Below, in pieces: positions 1 through 9,700 of a stretch of DNA of 64,000 nt. Below the pieces are notes generated by a model. It searched no databases and was not told where the DNA came from. It worked only from the letters and a program-made list of their open reading frames with translations. Position numbers and translations under genes: made by a program. Origin of the DNA: a virus; IMG/VR virus record IMGVR_UViG_3300050010_000483, positions 1-64,000 of that record; one strand, 5' to 3'. The stretch's first letter is position 1; each line of letters starts with the position of its first letter.

Positions 1-3
1 ACA

Positions 4-19
4 TCCCCCGCGCGGGGGA
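4..19. repeat. Perfect 16-bp GC-rich palindrome TCCCCCGCGCGGGGGA
   Basis: The sequence equals its own reverse complement; it lies in the non-coding left end of the window. Confidence 0.85.
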
Positions 20-183
20 ATTCCAGCCTGAAGTTTCCCATGACTTTCATTTTTGTTTTTCTGCAAATCGGCTATGGACCGACGCCAGCGGGTTTACCCC
101 CCGCGTTGTGAAGAAAAAATACCATGGAACCGCTTAATTCACCAGCGGATAAACTGTTTTTAATTCAACGCGCGGCGCGATGC

Positions 184-250
184 TGGCACGCTTTAAGCTT
201 GCGCATAGTTGGCATGAAACTAGCTTGCGCATAGTTGGCATACAACTCGT
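184..250 (+). repeat. Tandem 26-bp-period repeat containing sigma54-like -24/-12 boxes
   Basis: AGCTTGCGCATAGTTGGCAT occurs identically at 196-215 and 222-241. TGGCA boxes with GG-N10-GC spacing lie at 185/197 and 211/223, and a degenerate GG-N10-GT at 237/249. Confidence 0.7.
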
Positions 251-380
251 ATACCAAATTGCAAGGGGTATTATTTGAAATTATTCTAATGAATATCATT
301 AGAAAAACTCATACTGGGTTATATGTAGATAGCCTTTTTAAATGAAATCAAAATTAAATTACCTTTCCTTATCATCACAA

Positions 381-514
381 AAACCTTCAGGTCAAAAATC
401 CGAACGGGTCATTTTAACCAAAACAAAAAAGGTAAAAAATCCTTCTTCGCTTACTATTAAAAATCAATTTCAATATGGGAAAGCCCATTCATCTATAAAC
501 CTTCAGGTCAAAAA
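381..514 (+). repeat. 18-bp direct repeat AAACCTTCAGGTCAAAAA (381-398 and 497-514)
   Basis: Two identical copies 116 bp apart in an A-rich, apparently non-coding stretch. Confidence 0.75.
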
Positions 515-555
515 ATACCCGAAGACATTTTCGTGAAAAGTAAATCTGCGGTTAT

Positions 556-756
556 TTAGAAGTACAGCCCCGTCTGTGGCGTATTCAATTGGGTGAATTT
601 TAAATTTGCTTCGGTTTGAAGTTTCACCTGGGTATTCGCATCATACGTGGACCAATATCCACTCGCTTCTGTTTTAAAATTGGCCAGATCACCCGTGGTC
701 GTGGCTAGCTGATGAAGTCTTGATGCAAAATCAATTATTGTTCCTGTTATGTACAT
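556..756 (-). CDS. Small hypothetical protein (66 aa)
   Basis: Plausible protein composition; a minus-strand GTGTAAT motif (766-772) lies 9 nt upstream of the ATG. Confidence 0.6.
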   Translation of the reverse strand: MYITGTIIDFASRLHQLATTTGDLANFKTEASGYWSTYDANTQVKLQTEANLKFTQLNTPQTGLYF

Positions 757-765
757 ATATTTTAA

Positions 766-786
766 ATTACACGAATTGAGTGTAAT
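766..786. promoter_or_regulatory. Back-to-back putative late promoter motifs (ATTACAC 766-772 / GTGTAAT 780-786)
   Basis: The motif found before many structural genes occurs here once on each strand, facing the divergent genes 556..756 and phoH. Confidence 0.6.
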
Positions 787-806
787 ATGGTTTGTAGTTC
801 TTTGCT

Positions 807-2612
807 ATGAAACCTAAAAAAGATACGTCTGAGCGTATCCAACAACGGGATAAAATTAAGAATACGTTCGATCTTAAACCATTAGCATGGACTGATCGCC
901 AAAAAGAGTTCCTCAAACTCGCTTTGGATAAATCAACCAGAATTATATTTGTCAACGGCCCTGCTGGCAGTACCAAAACTATCATGGCAGTCTTTGCCGC
1001 ATTGGAATTGCTTAACCAGCGTCGGGTTTCCGATATAATTTATCTTCGGTCGGCTGTTGAAAGCTCTTCTGAGAGTTTGGGATTTCTTCCAGGTTCAGTT
1101 GACGAAAAAATGATGAACTATGGCTATCCTCTCATGGAAAAGCTGGAAGAGCTGCTCACCAAACCTGAAATCAAAGCATTGTTGGCTGATGAACGAGTGC
1201 ATCTTCGTCCATTGAATTATATTCGTGGACAAAGTTGGAACGCCCGAGTGGCGATCGCCGACGAATGTTTGACTGGAGACAGTCAAATTGTTCTGGAAAA
1301 TGGCACCAAAACTATTTCAAATTTAAAAAAAGATCATAATTTGGGAAAACAATTGCCCTTGGTTAAAACTTTTAACGAAACCACAAGACAATTTGAATTT
1401 AAAAAAATCAAAAATATCATTTGCAATGGGCGACGGGAAACTGTCATTATTAGAGCGGGGAATCGAAAGATTCAATGCACTGATAATCATAAATTTTTAA
1501 CCAGCAAAGGATGGGTTGAGGCGCGAAACCTTCAAAAAGGAGACATTTTACTGGCCAATGATGAACATCGTCATCAGGTTTTAAATGCCCTTAACGACGA
1601 TCAAAAACAAGTTTTTCTTGGCAGCTTTTTGGGGGATGGAGGCGTTAGCAATCATGGGATTAATCGAAACCGATTAAGAATTATCCATGGAATCAAACAA
1701 CAGGAATATTGCCAGTGGAAAGCCAGCATGTTTGGTTCTTCCACTTCCATTATTGAGAAAAATGGTTACAGTCAAAAACCAGCCATAAAATTCGCCACTA
1801 AGTGTTTTGCATTTGACCAAAAAGATTTCGCTCATCATAAAAAGTCTCATTGTCCGCAATGGGTTTTGGATGAATTGGACTGGCGGGGCATAGGAATATG
1901 GTTTATGGATGACGGAAGTATTTTCGCTGGAAAAAACGGGGCAAAAATCTATACTTGTTCTTTTTCGGAGGAATCTCAACAAAAATTTGTGGAAAAATTT
2001 GAAAATCTTGGAATAAAATGCAAATATCATCTTGATCTGTATCCAAAAAGAGGAAAGGCATGTTTTAGTCTGGTTTTTGACAAGGAAAATACAATAAAAC
2101 TATTGGATAAAATCTCCCCATATATTCATGAATCCATGGATTATAAAAACATAAATTCACATACAAAGTACAAATGGAATAATATTTTTTTACCCTATAA
2201 TCATGTTATTTTTGACTCTATTAGTCCAGCCTCCGTTGAAAATGTATTTGACTTGGAAGTGGAGGATAATCATAATTTTATTATTGCTTCAAAAACAAGG
2301 GGAATGTTAAAAAATAATTCAGGAGTTATTGTCCACAATTGCCAGAACATGACCAAGGATGAAATCTTCACCATCATGACTCGCGTTGGTAAGTTCAGCA
2401 AGCTGTTTATTTTGGCCGACCCAAGACAATCAGACCTAAAAGACTCAAAGAAGCGCGGGGGGTTTACCAAGTTGGCCAAACATTTCACTCAAGAGAAAGG
2501 TCGGGCGGGCGGGATTCACTACTTTGAGTTCACCAGGGCCGACATTATGCGCGATGATTTAACTAAACTGCTTGTGGAACTGATGGAAGATTTGGATGCG
2601 CAGGAGAAGTAA
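807..2612 (+). CDS. phoH: PhoH-family ATPase interrupted by an intein (about 243 aa after splicing)
   Basis: IFVNGPAGSTKT P-loop, LGFLPG, YIRGQSW, Walker B IADE|CQN reconstituted across the intein, TRVGKFSKLFILADPRQSD and DIMR; all are PhoH signature segments. Confidence 0.93.
   Translation: MKPKKDTSERIQQRDKIKNTFDLKPLAWTDRQKEFLKLALDKSTRIIFVNGPAGSTKTIMAVFAALELLNQRRVSDIIYLRSAVESSSESLGFLPGSVDEKMMNYGYPLMEKLEELLTKPEIKALLADERVHLRPLNYIRGQSWNARVAIADECLTGDSQIVLENGTKTISNLKKDHNLGKQLPLVKTFNETTRQFEFKKIKNIICNGRRETVIIRAGNRKIQCTDNHKFLTSKGWVEARNLQKGDILLANDEHRHQVLNALNDDQKQVFLGSFLGDGGVSNHGINRNRLRIIHGIKQQEYCQWKASMFGSSTSIIEKNGYSQKPAIKFATKCFAFDQKDFAHHKKSHCPQWVLDELDWRGIGIWFMDDGSIFAGKNGAKIYTCSFSEESQQKFVEKFENLGIKCKYHLDLYPKRGKACFSLVFDKENTIKLLDKISPYIHESMDYKNINSHTKYKWNNIFLPYNHVIFDSISPASVENVFDLEVEDNHNFIIASKTRGMLKNNSGVIVHNCQNMTKDEIFTIMTRVGKFSKLFILADPRQSDLKDSKKRGGFTKLAKHFTQEKGRAGGIHYFEFTRADIMRDDLTKLLVELMEDLDAQEK
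1266..2339 (+). mobile_element. Intein with LAGLIDADG homing endonuclease in PhoH (358 aa)
   Basis: Starts CLTGDSQI; block B CTDNHKFLT; LAGLIDADG-type motifs LGSFLGDG and IWFMDDG; block F VFDLEVEDNHNF; ends VIVHN followed by Cys+1. Confidence 0.93.
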
Positions 2613-3069
2613 GGTTGAAAACTTTCTTCATGAGGTCCATTGGCTTGTATATTTGAGGTTTGCCATTTTTGACATAAAGAACGTGCTGGATGCGTTGCTC
2701 GTGATAACGCTTACACCATTCGGCGCAGTCCTTCAATTTTCGGAACACCACGAAGTCAATGCTTACGCCATTATAATTGGCATGGGGCGGCTTGAACTTT
2801 GATTGGGCCAGGGCCGTTACTGGGTCATTTTCGTCGGCGACATAAATTTTATTGAATAGGATGCAGATATTATCATCTTTGTAGGTTAAACCTTGATATT
2901 GGGCCGCCAATACTTTCAAATGTTCCATGCGTTCATTTAGAGTATGTTTGTGGATGACAAATGGGCTATTTGGGTGAAATTCCAATAGTAACTTCTGGCC
3001 CTGTAAAAAGAACTCGACCCTTTCCTCGTTTGTGAGTGTCTGAAATGCGCGTACTTCTGGCTGATTCAT
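2563..3069 (-). CDS. Hypothetical protein (168 aa)
   Basis: Longest ORF in the gap, with a natural-looking composition; its 3' end overlaps the phoH 3' end by 50 bp. Confidence 0.7.
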   Translation of the reverse strand: MNQPEVRAFQTLTNEERVEFFLQGQKLLLEFHPNSPFVIHKHTLNERMEHLKVLAAQYQGLTYKDDNICILFNKIYVADENDPVTALAQSKFKPPHANYNGVSIDFVVFRKLKDCAEWCKRYHEQRIQHVLYVKNGKPQIYKPMDLMKKVFNLTSPAHPNLPSVPQAV

Positions 3070-3116
3070 ATAATTATTTTAAGAAAGATTTAGTATTTCT
3101 TATAACATTAATAGAT

Positions 3117-3515
3117 ATGAGTCAACAATTGTTTTGTCATAACTGTGGAAAACCATACGCCCTTGGGAATAATTTCTGCCAGAAGTGCGGTACTAATCTC
3201 ACTTCGCTGGCATCGCGTCCCGCTTCCGAAATCCAACCTGTCGCTCTGAATAGACGGGGTAATCGCTATGAAGAACCAGATGAAGATGATGAACCAGAGG
3301 GTCATTTTGTAATAACCCAAACGGCCTTGGCAGTTGAGATTGTGAAAGATCGCCCGCTGGGAGAAGAATTTTCCAGTGTGCTTCAACAGGGTGCCCTTGG
3401 TATGAGAGAGGACGGGCGTAAGTTTGGCATTTATAATGGTGCGGAAGACCCGAAGAGTATTTTATCAGATTTCAAGAATGAGGCGGGCAAAACTCCCAAG
3501 ATCGAAATCGAGTAA
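3117..3515 (+). CDS. Zinc-ribbon protein
   Basis: FCHNCG...FCQKCG double CxxC at the N-terminus. The start is moved to ATG 3117 to avoid overlap with the divergent gene. Confidence 0.75.
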   Translation: MSQQLFCHNCGKPYALGNNFCQKCGTNLTSLASRPASEIQPVALNRRGNRYEEPDEDDEPEGHFVITQTALAVEIVKDRPLGEEFSSVLQQGALGMREDGRKFGIYNGAEDPKSILSDFKNEAGKTPKIEIE

Positions 3516-3518
3516 TAC

Positions 3519-4193
3519 ATGAAAGCCACATTTGAAGAAAGTATCAAGATCATTGATGAAGAAATTGCCAAGCGAAAACACAAATGGAACTTGACTTCTT
3601 TAACTTGGATGGACTATGACGATGTATCTCAGATCATTAGAATTCACATTTACAACAAATGGGCGCAATATGATGAAAGCAAACCCCTGGCCCCCTGGCT
3701 TAACATCATCATTACCAATCAGATTAGAAATCTCATTCGCAACCATTATTCAAATTTTGCCCGTCCGTGTCTCAAGTGCGGGGCTGCCAAAGACATGACG
3801 GGCTGCGTTATTTATGGGACGCAGTGCGTCGCTTGTCCATTGTATGCTCATTGGGTGAAACGGAAAATGCCCGCCACCCAAATCAAAATACCCGTCTCCA
3901 TTGAAAATCATCAAAATGAAGTCAGGAGTATTTTTGATGATTCCACTGATGTATCCAGACATGCCGATAAATTGCATGATCGCATGAAGGAGATTTTAAA
4001 GCCAACCGAGTGGCGGGTCTATGAGGGATTATTCATTTTAAATCTGGATGAGGATGAAGTTGCAAAGCGTCTGGGTTACAGTTCCAATGAGAAGGATAGA
4101 AAGCCGCGCTATAAACAGATTCGTAACATACGTAAAATCATCATGGTTAAAGTAAAAAAATGCCTGGCGAACGGCGATATTGATATTATATGA
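3519..4193 (+). CDS. Phage sigma70/ECF-like sigma factor with a Cys-rich (Zn?) insert
   Basis: Region-2-like DYDDVSQ...YDESKPLAPWLNIIITNQIRNLIR; region-4-like LKPTEWRVYEGLFILNLDEDEVAKRLG; CLKC...C...CVAC between them. Confidence 0.75.
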   Translation: MKATFEESIKIIDEEIAKRKHKWNLTSLTWMDYDDVSQIIRIHIYNKWAQYDESKPLAPWLNIIITNQIRNLIRNHYSNFARPCLKCGAAKDMTGCVIYGTQCVACPLYAHWVKRKMPATQIKIPVSIENHQNEVRSIFDDSTDVSRHADKLHDRMKEILKPTEWRVYEGLFILNLDEDEVAKRLGYSSNEKDRKPRYKQIRNIRKIIMVKVKKCLANGDIDII

Positions 4194-5284
4194 CTGACCT
4201 GACGTTAACTCCCGCCCAGGAACAACAAGTGGTTGATCTCTGGAATGCCAATCCTGAAACTCCACCCGCTTTGAAGGATTTGACTATTTCCGTGTTTGGT
4301 GATGGCCATGATGGCCGTACTAATGAGGCGAAGGCAATCAAAAAGTTTCTTTCGAGCCGAAATCTCAAAGCTCAAACCACTTCTGAGTATCAACGTGTTT
4401 CCGATCTGATTGAGCTTAGTGATGAGCAGAAACTTTACATTGCCAATAATGTTCAGTCAATGAATAGTGCTCAAATTTCCCGTGTTCTATTTAATAACCC
4501 AAATCTCAGTAATCTGGCCGCCGAGGCCCTGGCCGTCAATAAATACATTAAAACTTTGAATATTCGCGTGCGTCATGCCGAGGATATGGACATCCCCGAT
4601 GGCAAGTATTTTCCACCCAAAACACCAGAGGCGGTTTTGCGGGTGGTCAATCGTTACATTAATCCGCCCATGGAACAGGATAAACTGACGGCGGCTTGGA
4701 AAAAGAATCTTGACACGTTGATTGGTTACATGCACACCTATCGTTATACTGCTCAGATGAACAATTATGAATCGGTGAGCGACCGTTCCCTGTGTGAGGA
4801 CGCATTTGTCCGCGCCACCTATGACAAGCCTGATTTGGCGCAAACCGAAGTTGACCAATACATCGAATATGCCAATCAAGTTGTTGAGGGTTTCAAAATT
4901 CAACGACGAAAAGAAATACTCCAGCACCAGCAGGAAGAAATGGCTGATGCCAGTGACCCCGATAGCCGAAAATACTGCATGGGTCTGGTTGAAGCCATTG
5001 GCAAGGCCAGTACTGAATTCAATTTGTGCAAAAAGCGCGAACAAGACCTGCTTGATACTTTGTCAGTGTCTCGTAGCGAGCGCATTTCCAAACAACGCGA
5101 GGGGGCCTCAAGTATTTTGGATTTGGTTAATCACTGGAAGACTGAAGAGGGCCGCAAGGAATGGTTGAAACATGCCGAGAAAGAACAGGAGGCCATGAAG
5201 ACCGAAGTGGCCCGCTTAAGTTCATTGCCCGATTTTAAGGCCCGCATATTGGGTTTAAGCAAGGAGGGTATTATCAATGGCTAA
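4190..5284 (+). CDS. Helical/coiled-coil protein, possibly terminase small subunit-like
   Basis: Overlaps both neighbours and lies upstream of terL. The function is inferred from position only. Confidence 0.45.
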   Translation: MTDLTLTPAQEQQVVDLWNANPETPPALKDLTISVFGDGHDGRTNEAKAIKKFLSSRNLKAQTTSEYQRVSDLIELSDEQKLYIANNVQSMNSAQISRVLFNNPNLSNLAAEALAVNKYIKTLNIRVRHAEDMDIPDGKYFPPKTPEAVLRVVNRYINPPMEQDKLTAAWKKNLDTLIGYMHTYRYTAQMNNYESVSDRSLCEDAFVRATYDKPDLAQTEVDQYIEYANQVVEGFKIQRRKEILQHQQEEMADASDPDSRKYCMGLVEAIGKASTEFNLCKKREQDLLDTLSVSRSERISKQREGASSILDLVNHWKTEEGRKEWLKHAEKEQEAMKTEVARLSSLPDFKARILGLSKEGIING

Positions 5285-6212
5285 TGTCCAATGTCGAGCC
5301 TGTTTTAAGGAATTTGGTTCAGATTCCTCTTTGCATCGTCACTTAAAAGCCCATAAGATGACGCAGGCTTATTATTATCAAAAATACGAACCTCGTTACG
5401 ATAAGTTTGATGGCAAGATTATTTTATTTAAAAACAGGGATTATTATTTTTCAAATGATTTTAATTCAAAACAAAATCTTAATAAATGGTTAAATCGGGT
5501 CTCTCGGGACGAGGCGAAAGATTACATTCGTGGTTATCTTTCGCAGAGAAAGTTGCAAAAAAATCTAAAATACGCCCTTTGTCAGGTTGAATTGCGTTCT
5601 TTGATGTTGCCTGGCATGGTTTACTTGAATAAACTTTTTGGAAATTATTATAAGGAATGTCAGGCCCTGGGATTAAGTGCGCGTTTTGTCGGCGGTAAAC
5701 TCAGTGACACTCCCAGGAGTTTTTTGCCTCATCACGGGATTTACTGTGACAGCCGAGAACAACAACCTTTGAAATTTAACATTAAGTCTATATTGCAAGG
5801 ATTGACCTTCGGGGATTATCGCCTGAACGATGACGAATTTACTCAAAATTGTTGTATTGAACGCAAGGCTTTGACTGATTTATTTGGCACATTATCAACA
5901 GGTTATGAACGTTTTTGCCGAGAAATTGAGCGTGCCCAGGCCGCTGGATTTTACCTGGTGGTCGTGGTCGAAAGTTCCATGCAATCTATCAATGATCATA
6001 TCAAGATGCTCAGAAGTAAATTTGTCTATATTTCTCCTGAATATGTCTTCCATAATCTTAGAGCCATCTGTCAGAACTACGATAACGTTCAATTTCTCTT
6101 TGTGAACGACCGAGCAGAAGCCGTTGAAGCTATTGAGCGCATCTTTCAATCCAATGGAGAGTTCAAGAGGGTTGATTTGCAATTCTGTTATGATACGGGA
6201 AAATTAATTTAG
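5277..6212 (+). CDS. C2H2 zinc finger + ERCC4/XPF-type nuclease
   Basis: CRACFKEFGSDSSLHRHLKAH matches C-x2-C-x3-F-x5-L-x2-H-x3-H. The C-terminal DSRE...GDY...IERKALTDL is the ERCC4 GD/ERKxxxD motif set. Confidence 0.85.
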   Translation: MANVQCRACFKEFGSDSSLHRHLKAHKMTQAYYYQKYEPRYDKFDGKIILFKNRDYYFSNDFNSKQNLNKWLNRVSRDEAKDYIRGYLSQRKLQKNLKYALCQVELRSLMLPGMVYLNKLFGNYYKECQALGLSARFVGGKLSDTPRSFLPHHGIYCDSREQQPLKFNIKSILQGLTFGDYRLNDDEFTQNCCIERKALTDLFGTLSTGYERFCREIERAQAAGFYLVVVVESSMQSINDHIKMLRSKFVYISPEYVFHNLRAICQNYDNVQFLFVNDRAEAVEAIERIFQSNGEFKRVDLQFCYDTGKLI

Positions 6213-6242
6213 AGATTGTGGTAAATAAAAATAAAATATATC

Positions 6243-6791
6243 ATGCAGGAGATTTGGAAAAATATTAAAGGCTACGAAGGACATTATCAAGTATCAAATA
6301 CTGGCAAAGTTAAATCTTTGGAACGTACTGAGATTTGTGGCGGTCGCGCCAAACAAAGAATTAGACGAGAAAGAATTTTAAAACCTGGGAAAGATTCAGA
6401 TGGTTATTTAAAAGTAATTTTATGTTTACATGGAAAACCCAATGGTAAAACAGTTCATAGACTCGTTTTAGAGACATTTTTTCCTGAAACTCAACCATCT
6501 ATTAATCATAAAGATGGAAATAAAGCGAATAATAACATCAATAATTTAGAATGGTGTTCAGTTTCTTATAATGTAATTCATGCTTATGATAATGGTTTAC
6601 ACCCAATCGGCGAACAACATTATAAGGCAAAACTAAAAAATGAAGATGTGACAATTATTAAAAATTTACTTTTTGATGGTTCTCGTCATTCAACAATTGC
6701 CAGAAAATTTAATGTGAGTATTTCTACCATTCAAGATATTTTAAAAGGAAGGAGTTGGAAACGTCATGTGGCACAGTCCTACGAAGTATAG
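6243..6791 (+). CDS. NUMOD4-HNH homing endonuclease with C-terminal HTH
   Basis: EIWKNIKGYEGHYQVSNTGKVKS (NUMOD4), VHRLV...INHKDGNKANNNINNLEW (HNH), TIARKFNVSISTI (HTH). The gene is AT-rich and overlaps the terL start. Confidence 0.92.
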   Translation: MQEIWKNIKGYEGHYQVSNTGKVKSLERTEICGGRAKQRIRRERILKPGKDSDGYLKVILCLHGKPNGKTVHRLVLETFFPETQPSINHKDGNKANNNINNLEWCSVSYNVIHAYDNGLHPIGEQHYKAKLKNEDVTIIKNLLFDGSRHSTIARKFNVSISTIQDILKGRSWKRHVAQSYEV

Positions 6792-9700
6792 TAAAGAAGT
6801 CCTAGATTTCAACATTGAGGCCAAGGCTCTCAAGGGGGAATTGGACGACATACAAGCCAAGATTACCCTGGCCAAGTTCCTTTATCGCAACCTGGGTATT
6901 ACCACCAATTTCTTGACGGGAATTGATCTTTACCCTGATCAAATTATCACTATTAAAGGAATGCTTCAAAGCAATTATACCTTGTGTGTTTGGGGGCGCG
7001 GCGTATCAAAATCGGTAAGTTATTCTAATACATGGGTTATTGATCAAGAAAAAGGTCTGCTACTTCTTAAAGACCTTTTCCCTAATTTAGACTTTTCAAA
7101 AGATCAAGAGGTTAATATTCCAACTAGAAAATTCTGGAACGGTTCTGGATGGCAGGCAACATCTAAACTATTTATTCAACCCAAAAAAGATTCTTTAAGA
7201 ATTAAAACCAAACGAGGCTATAGTTTAGAGGGGGCCAAAACTCATATTATAAAAGTTTGGGATAAAACTCAATGCAAAGTGGTTTGGAAAAAATATCCAG
7301 AAATTACCAAAGACGATTATATTTGTATTAATAGAAATCGTCAGAATGAATGGGGAGAAGCAACCGATGCAAATGAATCTTATTTAATTGGTTTAATATT
7401 GGGAGACGGTTGTATTTCTTCCCACAACCCCTCAACAGAAATTACTACGGCAGATGAAGAAATATCTGATTTTTGTCTAAAATATGGGGCGAATATTCAT
7501 CTTAAAAAAAATACAAGGGCATGGGATTTATATTTTCCCAAAGACATAATTGATAAATTTCTTGGAAAATATCAAGTAAAACGCGGACTTTCATATGATA
7601 AAATAATCCCTCAAACAATATTTTCTTCAAAACAAATGCTAAAGGCTTGTCTTCAAGGTTTGTTTGACACGGATGGATGCGTTACTTCGTCGCAGTTGAC
7701 TGTGGAATATTGTTCCACCTCCATTGAAATGGCAAGACAGGTTCATTTCGCCCTTTTAACTTTTGGAATTGTTTCCCATTTAATGGAATATAAAATCCCA
7801 TCACCATTTGGCCATGCATGGAAAGTTATCATTACTGGTCAAGATTGCCGAATATTTTCGGAACAAATTGGTTTTCGTCTCTCACGAAAACAGAATATTT
7901 TAAATCAGCATCTTTTAAATGGCAATTATAATACCAACATAGATGTTATCCCAGGTCTTAAAGAATACTGCCAACGAGAAATTAAGTCTAAGGCTCGTCT
8001 TCCAAAAATCTTATCTGATGAATGGCGTAACAAAATTCGCCGTAAAGACAATCAACTAAATCTAACTTATGATACTTTAGACTCTTATTTAGAGTTCTTC
8101 GTTCGGGCTGGTATCACAGGAGAACATATAGAAAATCTTAAATCTATTAAAAACGAACATTTCTTTTTTGATCAGGTAGAATCAATTGAAGATATTGGTG
8201 GTCGGGATTGTTTGGATTTTAATATTCCAGATGGAGAAATGTATTGGTCAAATGGTTTTATCTCTCATAATACCTGGACGGCGGCAGTCTATTGCATCTT
8301 GCAGATGATCTTCTTTCCCAAGTCGTCTATATTAATTGCTGGCCCCACCTTCCGTACAGCCCGTTTCATTTTTAACCATATTGAAAAGATTGTCAATCAA
8401 CCTGAAGCTCAGATGTTGGCCGCCGCTTTTAATGTTGATTTTAAGGTACGTCGTAATGACGAGTTCCGTTGGAGTATCAATGGTGGGGAAATTGTGGCCA
8501 TTCCCCTAAACGGCGAAAAGATTCGTGGTTTCCGCGCCAACGTACTTCTGATTGACGAGTTTCTTTTGATGTCTGAGGATTTGGTGGAAAAAGTCTTAAT
8601 TCCTTATCTTGTATCACCCACTTCGGCTGAGGTTAAACGTCGTAAGCAAATTCGTGACAAGGAAAGTGACTTGATTCAGAGGGGAATCATCACCGAAACG
8701 GAACGCACCAAATTTACTGGCAATGCCAAACTAATAGCCCTGTCATCAGCCAGTTATACCTGTGAATATTTGTACAAAAAGTACGACGATTACGTAAAAA
8801 AAATTTACAGCCCCGACTTGCCTGACGAAGGGGCCAAGTACTTTGTATCACAGTTATCCTGGGATGCCATTCCAGAGGATCGTATGGATAAAAGTATCAT
8901 TGAAATGGCCCAGACTAACGAGTCTAATATGGCCACTTTCAAACGAGAATACTGTGCCCAATTTTTGGACGGCTCCGACAGTTACTTTTCCATGCAAAAA
9001 ATGATTGCATGTACTGTGCCAGATGGGGAAAAACCCACATTACTTGTGCGTGGTAAACGGGATAAAAAATACATTTTGGCCATTGACCCCGACTTTTCAA
9101 ACTCACCAACGGGTGACGATTTTGCCATGTGCGTAGTGGAATTGGATGATAACGGCAAAGGGGGAACCGTGGCTCATACTTATGCCGAATCAGGAAAAGA
9201 CTTGAAAGATCACATTCGTTATTTGCATTATATCCTGACCAACTTCGGCATTGATATGATTATTATTGACTATGCTGGTTATCAATTTATTGAAGCTGCC
9301 AATGAGAGTCAATTGTTCCGTGATGCCAATATGAATTTGAGTATTTTTGATTTTACTTCTGAGAAAGACGGGGAAGAATACAATGAAGAATTGCGCAAGG
9401 CCCGCAATTCATACAACAAGCAGATTGGACGCATAGTTTTCAATCAATACTTCACGAGCGACTTTATTCGCAAGGCCAACGAATGGTTGCAGGGATGTTT
9501 TGATTACAAACGTCTTTGGTTCGGCGGCAGTATCAAGGGATGTCCAGAAGTGTTTAATGAGATTGCTTCTTTGCCAATTGATTTCAAACAAGTTTTTGCA
9601 AACAAAGATTTGGACGATAAAAATGAAACCCCCATGGGTTATATGATTGATCGTCAGGAAATTTTATGCAAACAAACAAAATATCAGTGTGCCTCCATTG

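Noticed and set aside
196-514. CRISPR array from the short direct repeats
   Set aside because: Only two copies of each repeat, spacers of 6 and about 98 bp, and no cas genes.
342-536. 64-aa K/S-rich ORF
   Set aside because: It lies in an A-tract and repeat region and its composition reflects the A-rich DNA; there is no RBS or promoter motif.
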